From assembly GCA_039591655.1 (NCBI GenBank), contig JBDHDE010000021.1, positions 1 through 41,341 of the forward strand: a DNA stretch of 41,341 nucleotides, written 5' to 3'. Both the position numbers and the translations under genes were made by a program. Below the pieces are notes generated by a model, which saw only the letters and a list, made by a program, of their open reading frames with translations, ran no database searches and was not told the origin of the DNA. Position 1 is the stretch's first letter. Every line of letters begins with the position of its first letter. Below are positions 11,257-21,300 of this stretch, in pieces. Source of the stretch: Gemmatimonadota bacterium (lineage in GTDB: Bacteria > Gemmatimonadota > Gemmatimonadetes > Gemmatimonadales > GWC2-71-9).

Positions 11257-12433
11257 TTCGCTCGTGGTACTGTGCGCCGCCGTGGCGTCTGCGGGCGCCA
11301 CGGCGCAGGAGCCGGACACCCTGCAGCTTCCCCAGCGTCCCGACGTGCACATCGTCGTGGCAGGCGAGACGCTGTGGGATCTGGCACAGCGGTACCTCGA
11401 CGACCCGTTCCTGTGGCCGGAGATCTACCGACTCAATACCCTGGTGGTGGAGGATCCGCACTGGATCTTCCCGGGGGAGGAGCTCCGGCTCGGGCCGCTG
11501 GATACCACGATGGTCGGCGAGACCGTGGTGGTGGGACAGCCGGTGGTGGGCGATCCCGACGTGGACGTGAGTCCTCAAGTGGAGCAGGCGGTCCTGCCGG
11601 ACCAGCCGGTGGAGGATGTCCTCGTTCCCGACATGCCGCCGCCCGGTGCGCCGCCACCGCCGCCGCCTACGGAGACGGCGCCCACGGTGTTCGCCCGGAA
11701 GGACTACGGCGCGGGCGCCATCGCGAGCCTACGCTCTCCGGGATTCTGGTACCGGCCCATCAGGCTCGGCGAGTTCTACGCTGCCGGGTTCCTCACCGAG
11801 GGACAGGACCTTCCCTGGGGCAAGGTGCTGCGGGCCGTGGGCAAGCCCACGCTGAGTTCCCTGTCGGCGACGTCCTCCACCCTGATTTACGGCGAGGTTG
11901 CCATCGAGGCGCCCCGCGACGCGATGTACCAGCTGGGCGACTCGCTGCTCATGGCGAAGCTCACTCGGGATGTGCCCGGCTGGGGTAAGATCGTCCATCC
12001 CACCGGCATCGCGGTGGTCACGCAGGTGACCGATGACGGCGGCCGGGCCCAGATCGTCCAGCAGTTTGACCGCGTCTCCGACGGCCAGGTGGCGATTCCC
12101 CTGGAGCCGTTCAGGGACCCGGGAATGGTGGTGCCGGTGCCCCTGAATAATGGCCTGATGGGTGCCATCGTCGAGATCCGAGATCCGCGCGTCATTCCGG
12201 GGCAGCAGGATATCCTGTTCATCGATCGTGGACGCGAGGACGGCGTGGCGCTGGGTGACGTCTTCACGGTGCTGCGACCCGGTCAGCGGGAAGGGATCGC
12301 CCCGGACACCGTGGGTTACATGCAGATCGTGCACACCCGCGACCAGTCCTCGTCCGGACTGCTCATTATCATTAACGATCTGGGTATCGGGGTGGGCGCC
12401 CCCGTGCAGTTGTTTGCCAAGATGCCCACTTGA
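11228..12433 (+). CDS. Exported LysM peptidoglycan-binding protein (TsaP-like architecture)
   Basis: Signal peptide ending ATA|Q; LysM HIVVAGETLWDLAQRYLDDPFLWPEIY...DPHWIFPGEEL; Pro-rich linker; C-terminal IDRGREDGVALGD beta domain. Overlaps ssb by 29 nt. Confidence 0.85.
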   Translation: MRKTTIFRSSSLVVLCAAVASAGATAQEPDTLQLPQRPDVHIVVAGETLWDLAQRYLDDPFLWPEIYRLNTLVVEDPHWIFPGEELRLGPLDTTMVGETVVVGQPVVGDPDVDVSPQVEQAVLPDQPVEDVLVPDMPPPGAPPPPPPTETAPTVFARKDYGAGAIASLRSPGFWYRPIRLGEFYAAGFLTEGQDLPWGKVLRAVGKPTLSSLSATSSTLIYGEVAIEAPRDAMYQLGDSLLMAKLTRDVPGWGKIVHPTGIAVVTQVTDDGGRAQIVQQFDRVSDGQVAIPLEPFRDPGMVVPVPLNNGLMGAIVEIRDPRVIPGQQDILFIDRGREDGVALGDVFTVLRPGQREGIAPDTVGYMQIVHTRDQSSSGLLIIINDLGIGVGAPVQLFAKMPT

Positions 12434-12475
12434 GGCAGGCTGCGGGCTCCGCACACCATCCATCGGATTCCATGT

Positions 12476-12511
12476 CAACGGCCGCATCTCGCGGCCGTTG
12501 CGTTATAATTT
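12476..12511 (+). terminator. Hairpin after ssb-LysM, abutting a TATAAT -10 box (12504-12509) upstream of the epimerase-tol operon
   Basis: CAACGGCCGC-atctc-GCGGCCGTTG perfect 10-bp stem followed by cgttataattt. Confidence 0.5.
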
Positions 12512-12634
12512 CCTCCGGCGCGGTTGCCGGGAGGCGGCCGACGTGTGGTGGGCAGAGCCGGGCAGGCGGATGCGGCGCGGGCGCGGCGCGCGACACTGCT
12601 GCCCGAGGGACGAGCGAAAGGAACGGCTGACGGA

Positions 12635-13585
12635 ATGACGGAGCGGGTGCTGGTGACGGGAGGTGCGGGGTTCATCGGGTCACACGTGGCCGAGCGCTAC
12701 CTGGCAGAGGGGTTCGAGGTCACGGTACTGGACAACCTCTCCAGCGGTCGACGCGAGAACGTGCCAGCCGGAGCGACGTTCGTCGAGGCCGATGTGGGCT
12801 CCCCCGAGGCGCGTGACCTCATCGCCCAAGGCGGATTCACCGTGCTCAACCACCACGCCGCGCAGATGGACGTACGCGCCTCGGTGAGCGATCCGGCGTT
12901 CGACGCTCGCACGAACATCCTGGGACTGCTGAACCTCCTGGAGGGAGGACGGGCGGGCGCCCTGAGGCGGGTGGTGTTCGCCTCGTCCGGCGGCGTGGTG
13001 TACGGCGAGAGCGAGTGGCTCCCCCATGCCGAGACCGCACCCAAGCTCCCCGTCTCGCCCTACGGCGTCAGCAAGCTCACCTCGGAGTACTACCTCGCTG
13101 CGTATGCCCAGCTGTATCCGCTTCACGTGGTCGCGCTGCGCTACGCCAACGTGTTCGGCCCCCGGCAGAACCCCCACGGAGAGGCGGGTGTGGTGGCTAT
13201 CTTTGGGAGTCGGGTGCATCGGGGGGAGTCCCTCACCATCTTTGGGGACGGCCGGCAGACGCGGGACTACGTGTACGTCGACGATGTGGTGGACGCGAAC
13301 CTGCGCGCCACCGGCTGGAGCCCCACGCCGGTTGGGACGATCGATGACCTGGCCTTCAACGTCGGCACCGCAACGGAGACGAGCGTTAGCGAGCTTGCGG
13401 AGACGCTGCTCGACGCCTGCGGCGTGCGGGTGCCCGTGGAGCATGCCCCGGCCCGCCCCGGCGAGCTGGCGCGGAGCGCGGTGAGCGTGGAGAAGGCCCA
13501 GCGGCTGTGGAGCTGGCAGCCGCACGTCACACTGGCCGAGGGGCTCAAACGCACCTACGAGTGGATTGCGGAGGAAGCGGCATGA
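12635..13585 (+). CDS. NAD-dependent epimerase/dehydratase (UDP-glucose 4-epimerase-like)
   Basis: VTGGAGFIGSH, HHAAQMDVR, SSGG, YGVSK (YxxxK), LRYANVFGPRQ, QTRDYVYV. Confidence 0.92.
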   Translation: MTERVLVTGGAGFIGSHVAERYLAEGFEVTVLDNLSSGRRENVPAGATFVEADVGSPEARDLIAQGGFTVLNHHAAQMDVRASVSDPAFDARTNILGLLNLLEGGRAGALRRVVFASSGGVVYGESEWLPHAETAPKLPVSPYGVSKLTSEYYLAAYAQLYPLHVVALRYANVFGPRQNPHGEAGVVAIFGSRVHRGESLTIFGDGRQTRDYVYVDDVVDANLRATGWSPTPVGTIDDLAFNVGTATETSVSELAETLLDACGVRVPVEHAPARPGELARSAVSVEKAQRLWSWQPHVTLAEGLKRTYEWIAEEAA

Positions 13586-14295
13586 CGCTGCAGGTGGGAG
13601 GCGCGCTCCCCACGACCGCATGGGAGCTGGTTACCACGTCGAGTGTCGCCATCAAGGTGGTGCTCCTCGTCCTGGTGGCCTTCTCCCTCGTCTGCTGGTT
13701 TCTCATCGGCCTCAAGTGGGTGCAGTTCCGGCGGGTGCGCCGCCAGGGCGACAAGTTCTTCGACGCGCTGGAACGGACCACACGGCTGGAAGACGCGTAT
13801 CATACGGTGATGAAGCTGCCGCCGTCGCCCTACGGCCGGCTGCTGCGGGAGGGCGTGAACTTCTTCTCCGAGCTGCGTCCCGGGGCGCTGAAGCAGCGGG
13901 GAAGCCAGCAGGTGGAGGCGTTGCGGCCCACGCAGCTCGAGGTGCTCCGCATGGTACTGGCCAAGGAGGTGAGCGCCGAGCGCGACCTCATGGCGCGGTT
14001 CATTCCCTGGCTGGCGACAATCGGCTCGGTGAGCCCCCTGTTGGGCCTCCTCGGAACCGTGCTGGGCGTGATGGATGCGTTCATCGGCATTGCCGCAGGG
14101 GGATCCGGCAACATCTCGGCCATCGCGCCGGGTGTGGCCGAGGCGCTGGTCACCACGGTGCTGGGCCTCGCGGTCGCGATCCCGGCGGTGATGGCCTACA
14201 ACCTGTTCGCGAGTCGCCTGGGCGTGTTCGCCGGCGAGCTCGAGGGGTTCGCGCACGAGATCGTGGGGACCATGGCCCGGGAAGGGAGGGTGTGA
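13582..14295 (+). CDS. tolQ: MotA/TolQ/ExbB proton channel protein (TolQ)
   Basis: LATIGSVSPLLGLLGTVLG, IAPGVAEALVTT..GLAVAIPA; ATGA coupling; tol-pal context. Confidence 0.9.
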   Translation: MTLQVGGALPTTAWELVTTSSVAIKVVLLVLVAFSLVCWFLIGLKWVQFRRVRRQGDKFFDALERTTRLEDAYHTVMKLPPSPYGRLLREGVNFFSELRPGALKQRGSQQVEALRPTQLEVLRMVLAKEVSAERDLMARFIPWLATIGSVSPLLGLLGTVLGVMDAFIGIAAGGSGNISAIAPGVAEALVTTVLGLAVAIPAVMAYNLFASRLGVFAGELEGFAHEIVGTMAREGRV

Positions 14296-14298
14296 GCC

Positions 14299-14721
14299 GT
14301 GGCGGACACCGGACTCCGGGGTCACGGCGAGCTCCCCGTGATGGCGGACATCAACGTCACGTCGCTGGTCGACGTGGCGTTCGTGCTGCTCATCATCTTC
14401 ATGATCACCGCCCCAATCATGCAGGGCGGGGTGGACGTGCAGCTGCCGCGGGCTGAGGCCCGCCCGCTGCAACCCAGGGAGGGACTGGTCGTGTCCATAG
14501 ACCGGCAGGGACGCATCTTCGTGGACGAGACGGCCCTGTCGTTCGAGGATTTCCGCGCAGCATTCCCCGCCATGGTCACCGCGCGCCAGCCCAGCGGCGT
14601 CTATCTCCGCGCCGACACCCGGGTGGACTACGGACAGGTCGTGCGAGTGCTCGCGGCGATGCGGGCAGCGGGGGTGGGCGACGTGGGCCTGGTGGCCGAA
14701 CCGGAGCGGATAACGCGATGA
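14299..14721 (+). CDS. tolR: TolR/ExbD family protein
   Basis: INVTSLVDVAFVLLIIFMITAP, VYLRAD..VDYG.VV. Confidence 0.9.
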   Translation: MADTGLRGHGELPVMADINVTSLVDVAFVLLIIFMITAPIMQGGVDVQLPRAEARPLQPREGLVVSIDRQGRIFVDETALSFEDFRAAFPAMVTARQPSGVYLRADTRVDYGQVVRVLAAMRAAGVGDVGLVAEPERITR

Positions 14722-15422
14722 GGAGGGGACCCCGCAGACCGCTGCGGCGGGCGCCCGAGGCCCGCGGGACGAGCTTCGCGTTCTCGCTCACCGTGGCGCT
14801 GCACGTGGTGGCTTTTGGGGCGGTGTGGTCGGCTCCCACGCTGGTCCGCCACGTGGCGCCGCCGGTGTACACGGTGGAGCTCGTGGCCGCGCCGCGGACG
14901 CAGCCAGAGCAGCGCCGCGCGCCCGAGGCGGTGGAGCGGCCGGCGGAGCGTCCGGCGCCGGTGAGCGACCGGCGGCCGCGCCGCAGCACGGTTGCCGAGA
15001 CGCCGCCCCCCCCGGAGCAGCAGGCGGAGCGGGAGCCGGCGCCGCGCACCACGCCGGAGGTGGAGTTGGCCCCTGACGTCGAGCCCTCCACCGGGAGCGA
15101 TCCGGCCACCGTCAAGACCAGCGGCGTGGAGTTCCCCTACCCGGAGTACCTGCGGAACATCGTGGCCCAGGTGTACCGCCGCTGGCAGCGCCCGCCGGGC
15201 GACGTGTCGCTCCGCGCCGAGGTGCTGTTCTTCGTGCACCGGGACGGCTCCATCTCCAACTTCCAGTTCGTGCTGCGCTCCGGGAGCTTCGGGTTCGACC
15301 TCGAGGCGCAGGGGGCCATTGAAGCGGCGGCCAACGCCGACGCGTTCGGTCCGCTGCCGGTGGGCTACGCCGCAGACGTGTTGCCGGTGAGCTTCTTCTT
15401 CGATCCTACGACGACGCGATGA
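14718..15422 (+). CDS. tolA: TolA/TonB-like energy transducer
   Basis: N-terminal TM with SxxxxxxH (SLTVALH), Pro/Glu linker, TonB_2-like C-domain (FPYPEYL..I...W, SGS.GFD, FGPLP); lies between tolR and tolB. Confidence 0.8.
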   Translation: MRRGPRRPLRRAPEARGTSFAFSLTVALHVVAFGAVWSAPTLVRHVAPPVYTVELVAAPRTQPEQRRAPEAVERPAERPAPVSDRRPRRSTVAETPPPPEQQAEREPAPRTTPEVELAPDVEPSTGSDPATVKTSGVEFPYPEYLRNIVAQVYRRWQRPPGDVSLRAEVLFFVHRDGSISNFQFVLRSGSFGFDLEAQGAIEAAANADAFGPLPVGYAADVLPVSFFFDPTTTR

Positions 15423-16933
15423 CTCATCGCTCGCGGGAGGGGCCTACCTTCGCGAACTGCAGTTCGCCAGACTTCCGGGGATTCCCGACGTCCCTCGCAA
15501 ACGGTCTGCTTCCCTGCTCAGGCCATCCTGCGCAACGCGCTGCACTGACGTGCGCTCCGGCAGGCCCCTCCCGCTCGCTCAGCCCTCTTCTGGCGTTCGC
15601 CGCCCTCCTTGCCCTCTCGGTCGCCCCGCTGGCAGCCCAGGAGACGCCCATCGAGCAAGGCGTGCGCATCGGCATCACCTACACGCCGGGGTTGCGGCCC
15701 GGCATGCTCGTGCTGGGAGGCGAGCGCACCGTGGTGCTGGACTCGGCTCGCGCCATCCTGCGGCGCGATCTGGAGCTGAGCGACCGCTTCGAGATGATCA
15801 CCCTACCCGGCGGCGACAGCCTGCTGCTCGGCCTGACGGGGGTGGGGCCCGAGGCGGAGCAGGGAGGCGCCGGAGGGGAGGCGTTCATCAACTACTCCCT
15901 GTACGCTGCTCTGGGGGCCGAGTACGCAGTGGGGTTGCTACCGGGGGCCGATTCGGCGAGCGCCGACGTAACAGTGTACGACGTGCGGGGGGAGACCGCC
16001 CGCCGGAGCATCGCCCTGCGGCTCAAGCCCCTGGACCATCCCGATTTCCGCATGACGGTGCACCGGGCGGCCGACGAAGTCCTGCGAGCGGCCGCGGGTG
16101 AGCCGGGGTCCGCCGCCACGCGGCTGCTGTTCATTCAGCGCGGCCGGCTGTACCGCATCGACGCGGACGGAGCCAATCTCTCGGCCGTCTCGCCCCGCAG
16201 TGTGACCGCATTCTCGCCGGCCTGGGACCCGTCGGCGAGGCAGGTGGTGTACAGCGAGCTCTCCGGTGGGTGGGGGCGCCTGGTCGTGGCCGACCCGGAA
16301 GCGGACGGTGCCCGGCCCGTCTCCCCGACCTCGCGGTTGCTGAACTACGCCGCCGCGTTCTCGCCCGATGGGACCCTGCTGGCGTTTACCCGCAGCGGGA
16401 ACGACGGCACCGATGTCTACCGCTATAACCTCGCACAGGACTGTTGCTTAGAGCGCTTGACGGTCGGGAGATTTTCGGATAACCTATCACCCACGTTCAG
16501 TCCGGACGGACGGCAGATCGCGTTCGTCTCTACGAGGGCCGGGCTGCCGCAGATCTACGTGATGGCGGCGGACGGGACGGGGCAAGAGCTGTTCGCCCCC
16601 TTCGACTACGGCGTCACCGGGAGTTCGCAGGCGCCGGAATGGTCACCCGACGGCACCCGCATCGCGTTCCACCGCGATGTAATGGGGAGCCCCCAGGTCT
16701 TCATCATGGACGCGCGGTCGCGGGCCGTGCGACAGCTGACCAGTGCCGGGCGGAACGAAGACCCAACCTGGGCGTCCGACAGTCGGCATATTGCCTTCAT
16801 CTCCAGCCGGACCGGCCGACGCCAGGTGTGGGTCATTGACATCGAGACCGGCAGGGTGCGCCAGTTGACGACGGTGGGGGATGCCCGACTGCCGGCCTGG
16901 TCACCACGAATTCCGGAGCCTAGTAACCCATAA
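15419..16933 (+). CDS. tolB: Tol-Pal beta-propeller protein TolB, with a 48-aa palindromic insertion in its signal peptide
   Basis: TolB N-domain (ILRRDLELSDRFE) and PD40 repeats (SPAWDP, FSPDG, PTFSPDG, PEWSPDG, PTWASD, PAWSP); followed by pal. Confidence 0.92.
   Translation: MTHRSREGPTFANCSSPDFRGFPTSLANGLLPCSGHPAQRAALTCAPAGPSRSLSPLLAFAALLALSVAPLAAQETPIEQGVRIGITYTPGLRPGMLVLGGERTVVLDSARAILRRDLELSDRFEMITLPGGDSLLLGLTGVGPEAEQGGAGGEAFINYSLYAALGAEYAVGLLPGADSASADVTVYDVRGETARRSIALRLKPLDHPDFRMTVHRAADEVLRAAAGEPGSAATRLLFIQRGRLYRIDADGANLSAVSPRSVTAFSPAWDPSARQVVYSELSGGWGRLVVADPEADGARPVSPTSRLLNYAAAFSPDGTLLAFTRSGNDGTDVYRYNLAQDCCLERLTVGRFSDNLSPTFSPDGRQIAFVSTRAGLPQIYVMAADGTGQELFAPFDYGVTGSSQAPEWSPDGTRIAFHRDVMGSPQVFIMDARSRAVRQLTSAGRNEDPTWASDSRHIAFISSRTGRRQVWVIDIETGRVRQLTTVGDARLPAWSPRIPEPSNP
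15428..15578. mobile_element. Small palindromic MITE/REP-like insertion, in frame within tolB
   Basis: 13-bp perfect terminal IR GCGGGAGGGGCCT (15433-15445) / AGGCCCCTCCCGC (15562-15574); direct repeat CGCTCGC at 15428 and 15572 (144 bp apart); internal 16-bp palindrome GCGAACTGCAGTTCGC (15452-15467). Confidence 0.7.
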
Positions 16934-16946
16934 GACTGGAGCTCAC

Positions 16947-17576
16947 ATGAGACTCAAGTTCACTCTGACTCTGGGCCTTGCGGTAATGGTGGCGGCGGCT
17001 GCGTGCGGTGGCGGGCAGCCCGAGATGGCGCCGGAGCCCGACGCAGACTCGATCGCGGCCGAGCAGGCGCGGCGCGATTCCATCGCTGCAGAGCAGGCCC
17101 TCCGCGACTCCATCGAGCGCGCCCGTCGCCTCGAGGAGGAGCGCATCCGCCGGGAGCGCGAGGAAGCGACCCGTCGTGAGCGTGAGATCACGGATGCGGT
17201 AGCCGCGATGATCGCCGCGGTCATCAACTTCGACTTCGACAAGTCGAACATCCGTCCGGGCATGGACACCGAGGTGCTGGAGCAGAAGCTCGCCGTTCTC
17301 CAGGCCAACCCGGCGCTGATGATCGAGATCACGGGGCACTGTGACGAGCGCGGCTCCGACGAGTACAACATGGCGCTCGGCATGCGGCGCGCGCTCTCGG
17401 CCAAGCGGTGGCTCACCGACCGGGGCATCGATGAGGTTCGGCTCGCGGTGCGCTCGATGGGTGAGGAGCAGCCGGTCGACCCGGGCCACAACGAGGATGC
17501 CTGGGCGCAGAACCGGCGGAATGAGTTCGCAATCTCAGGTGGTGGCGACAAGCTGGTACAGCCATCCGGTATGTAA
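16947..17576 (+). CDS. pal: Peptidoglycan-associated lipoprotein (OmpA-like domain)
   Basis: Lipobox AAAC; INFDFDKS, GHCDERGSDEYNMALG.RRA, SMGEEQP, NRRNEF. Confidence 0.93.
   Translation: MRLKFTLTLGLAVMVAAAACGGGQPEMAPEPDADSIAAEQARRDSIAAEQALRDSIERARRLEEERIRREREEATRREREITDAVAAMIAAVINFDFDKSNIRPGMDTEVLEQKLAVLQANPALMIEITGHCDERGSDEYNMALGMRRALSAKRWLTDRGIDEVRLAVRSMGEEQPVDPGHNEDAWAQNRRNEFAISGGGDKLVQPSGM
17046..17114 (+). repeat. 30-bp tandem repeat encoding DSIAAEQARR-like units in the Pal linker
   Basis: DSI codons start at 17046, 17076 and 17106 (30-nt period). Confidence 0.7.
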
Positions 17577-18346
17577 CACAGCTCGGCCTCACCGCGGCGA
17601 CGGCCGTCGCCCTGGGCGCCTGCGCGCTCAAGGGCGACGTGCGTCGCGTTGAGGATCAGGTTGCAGAGCTCAAAGCGGAGACAGCCCGCGCCGACTCGGC
17701 GCGGGCTGTCTTGCTCGACCAGGTGCTGCTGTTCCAGCAGCGGCTGCTGGATTCCCTGCACGTGCTACAGCGCCGGGTCAGCATGTTCCAGGGTGATGTC
17801 CGCAGCGACATGACCGATGTGCAGCGGCAGCTCGTGCAGATACAGGAGCTCGCCGGGCAGAGCCAGCAGCGTCTCTCCGAGCTGCGGGGGCAGCTGGACC
17901 AGCGGCTACGGCAGAACGTGGTGCCCGGTGTCCCCGCCACGGGCGACACCGGCAGGGCCGCAGCCGGGGCGGCGGACATCACCGCGCAGGAGCTGTACAA
18001 CCTCTCGCTGCAGCAGCTGCGGCGGGGGAGTCCGGTGACGGCGCGGGCGGGCTTCAGCAAGCTATTGACCGACCACCCCACCCACCTGCTGGCGGCGGAC
18101 GCCCAGTTCTTCATCGGAGAGACCTGGGAGGAGACCGACTCGGACTCCGCGGCGGCGGCATACGAGCTCGTGATCCGCCACCATCCGGACTCGCGCCATG
18201 CCCCGACCGCCCTCTACCGCCTCGGACTGCTCGCCGAGCGGCGGGGAGACCAGCGTGCAGCTGAGGTGTACTACACGCGGGTCATCGCCGGGTACCCCCG
18301 TTCCGAGGAAGCCCAACTGGCGCGAACCAAGCTCGGCAATCCTTAA
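17564..18346 (+). CDS. cpoB: Tol-Pal-associated TPR/coiled-coil lipoprotein CpoB (YbgF); start codon uncertain
   Basis: Coiled coil plus C-terminal TPRs (LAADAQFFIGE, APTALYRLG, YPRSEEA); follows pal. An in-frame lipoprotein signal (LGAC, Cys at 17621) lies upstream of the first canonical start (GTG 17639); ATC at 17564 is a tentative start. Confidence 0.85.
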   Translation: MRYVTQLGLTAATAVALGACALKGDVRRVEDQVAELKAETARADSARAVLLDQVLLFQQRLLDSLHVLQRRVSMFQGDVRSDMTDVQRQLVQIQELAGQSQQRLSELRGQLDQRLRQNVVPGVPATGDTGRAAAGAADITAQELYNLSLQQLRRGSPVTARAGFSKLLTDHPTHLLAADAQFFIGETWEETDSDSAAAAYELVIRHHPDSRHAPTALYRLGLLAERRGDQRAAEVYYTRVIAGYPRSEEAQLARTKLGNP

Positions 18347-18379
18347 CCCCTGAGGCGCGGCCGCTCCGGGCCTCCCCCC

Positions 18380-21300
18380 ATGAAGCAGGCGAAGACTTCC
18401 GCGAGCGAGATGCCCTTCTTGGACCACCTCGAAGAGCTGAGGTGGCGCATTCTGTGGAGTCTCGTGGCCCTGCTCGTGGGGACGGCGATCGGGTTCTTCC
18501 TGGTCCAGCAGTACAACGTGCTGGAGCTGCTCAAGGAGCCCATCGCCCCGTATCTGCCGGACGGGAAGCTGATCATCATCCGGCCGGCGGACGCGTTCCT
18601 CATCACGCTCAAGCTGGCCATCGTGATCGGGGCGGTGCTGGCGTCGCCGATCATCTTCGCCCAGGTCTGGCGGTTCCTCTCGCCGGCGCTGTACAAGCAC
18701 GAGAAGCGGTACATCGTTCCCGCCTTGATGGCGGGCCTGGGGCTGTTCCTGGCCGGCGTGCTCATGGCGTACGTCTTGGTGCTGCCGGCGGTCTTCCGCA
18801 TCCTGTACGGTTTTCAGTTCGGCTTCCTCGAGTGGATGATCACCGCCGACGCGTACTTCGGGTTCGCGACGCAGCTCATCCTGGCATTCGGTCTCATGTT
18901 CCAGCTCCCCCTGGTCATGGTGCTGCTGTCGGCGCTCGACCTGGTGAGGCCGCGGACATTCGCCAGGCACCGCCCCATTGCACTGGTGTTCGGCGCCGTC
19001 CTGGCCGCGCTGCTGACGCCGCCGGACGTGGTGTCGATGATGATGATGATGGCGCCGATCCTGTTGCTCTACGAGGCGGGGATCATCGTGGCGCGCCTGC
19101 TGCGCAGGCGCCAGGCCGGGAGAACCATCGGCGGCGGCGCGATCGTGCTGGCCCTCCTCGGGGTGCCGGATGCGGCCCTGGCGCAACTGGAGCGTCCGCC
19201 CAAGCGGGGGGATCAGGATACGACCCGCGTCACTCAGGATTCGCTGGCGCTGCCGATCGACACGGCGGCCGCGAGGGAGCTGGGCCTCCCCACCGGACCG
19301 TCCCGCTCGTTTCCGTCGCTGGACTCGATCATGCGGGAGCTGATGACCCGGGAGGGCTACCGGGTCACGCGCTACGCCGGCGACAGCATCACGCTGTTCG
19401 GCGAGACCCAGGAAATCGTGCTGGAGGGATCCGCCATTGTAGAGCGGGAAGGGGCCACGTTGGAGGCGCAGACCGTCCGCTTTCAGGAGGCCGACTGCCG
19501 GCTACAGGCGGCGGGCGATCCCGCGCTGTTCGACCAGGGGACGGTGATGGTGGGGGAGGGAATGCGTTACGACACGTGCGAGCGCATCGGTACGGTGGAA
19601 AGCGCCCTCACCAGCTTCCGACAGTCCGGTGTCACGTGGTACCTGCGGGGACGCGGCATCGAGGTCGACTCGGGCTCCACCCGGCTGTACGGAGCCGCGA
19701 ACGACGTGACGAGCTGCGATCTCCCCACGCCCCACTACCACTTCGCGGCGGGCGAGATCAAGTGGGTCACGAACACCATCATGGTGGCGCGTCCGGCGGT
19801 GCTGTACGTGCAGGACGTCCCGATTCTCTGGCTGCCGTTCATCTTCCAGGACATGCGGCCCGGCCGCCGCAGCGGGTTGCTGGTGCCGCGCTTCGGGCTG
19901 AGCGACCTGGTGCGGCCCTCCTCCGGGTTCCAGCGCAACGTGTCGAACATCGGGTTCTACGTCGCGGCGAGCGACTACCTCGACTTCCAGTTCTCGCTGG
20001 ACTGGTTCTCCGGGAACTACATCGGGCTCAACGGCCAGATGCGCTACCGCTGGCTCAGTCAGTTTATGGCCGGCGGTCTCTCGGTCTCCCGCATCTGGGA
20101 GGATGGGGTGGACACCCTTCCCGGGGATCGCTCGCTGCGGCTGCAATGGAGTCACCAGCAGAACTTCAGCCAGCGAACCCGCCTCACCGCCAGTGTCGAC
20201 TTCGCGACGAAGACCGACGTGGTACAGCGCAATGCCGTGGATCCCTTCGTCCAGACCGCGACGCTCACGAGCCGCATCAACTTCAACAAGCAGTTTTCGT
20301 GGGCGACGTTGTCCCTCGGTGGCAACCGGACGCAGGACCTGAGCAACGGGACGGTCACGCAGACGCTGCCCACCATCACCCTCACGCCGTCGCCCATCAA
20401 CCTGGCGAGCAGCGTGACCTGGTCCCCCAGCTTCTCGCTCACCAACACCTCGGTATCCGGTCAGGGGCAGGGCGAGGTGCTCCCGCTGCCGGGGGGAGGC
20501 CTCGACACGGTGAAGGCGAGCCGGCGCACGACTGATTTCAGGCTCGGCACGCCGCTCAGGATCGGGCGGTGGAACTGGTCCAACGACGTGTCGATCTCCT
20601 CGTTTCGCAGTACCGGGCCACCCTTGCCCGTCCTGCTGCTCGATCCGGACAACCCCGCGGACACCGTCACCCGATTCTACAGTGAGGACTTCCAGACGGG
20701 GATCGATTGGAGCACGGGGATCAACCTGCCGCTGCTGTTTCCCTCGAGCTGGAAGCTGCAGCCCCGGCTGGGGGTGCGGAACACCACCGGCGGCCCGTTC
20801 TGGCTGCGCAACCGCAACACCGGCGGAGCCTTCGTGAGTCAGGGCAAGCGCCTCTCGCTGAGCGCCGGTCTCACGCCGACGGTGTTCGGGTTCTTCCCCG
20901 GGTTCGGTCCCTACTCCCGCATGCGGCACGCCATCTCGCCGATCTTCAACTGGGAGTACGCGCCCTCGGCGGAGGTCCCCGAGGACTACGCCCGGGCCCT
21001 CGACCCCACGGGGCAGAACCCCAGCCGCGTGAGCCCCGCCGTGCACCGGGTCAACCTGGGGCTGTCCCAGAGCTTCGAGGCCAAGCTCGCGCCGCGGGAC
21101 GACGACACCACCGGCGCTCAGCCGCCCCGCAAGGTCAAGCTGCTGAGCTGGCAGACCTCGGCCGTGTCCTACGATTTCGAGCAGGCCAAAGAGGAAGGGC
21201 GCAACGGATGGGCCACGGACCTGCTCAGCAACCAGTTCACCAGCGAGCTGCTACGGGGCTTCTCCCTCTCACTCACCCACGATCTGTGGGATGGTCCGGT

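Noticed and set aside
19037..19051. (ATG)5 run in tatC as a phase-variation tract or internal LptD start
   Set aside because: A triplet repeat keeps the frame, lies within a TatC transmembrane region and has no convincing SD.
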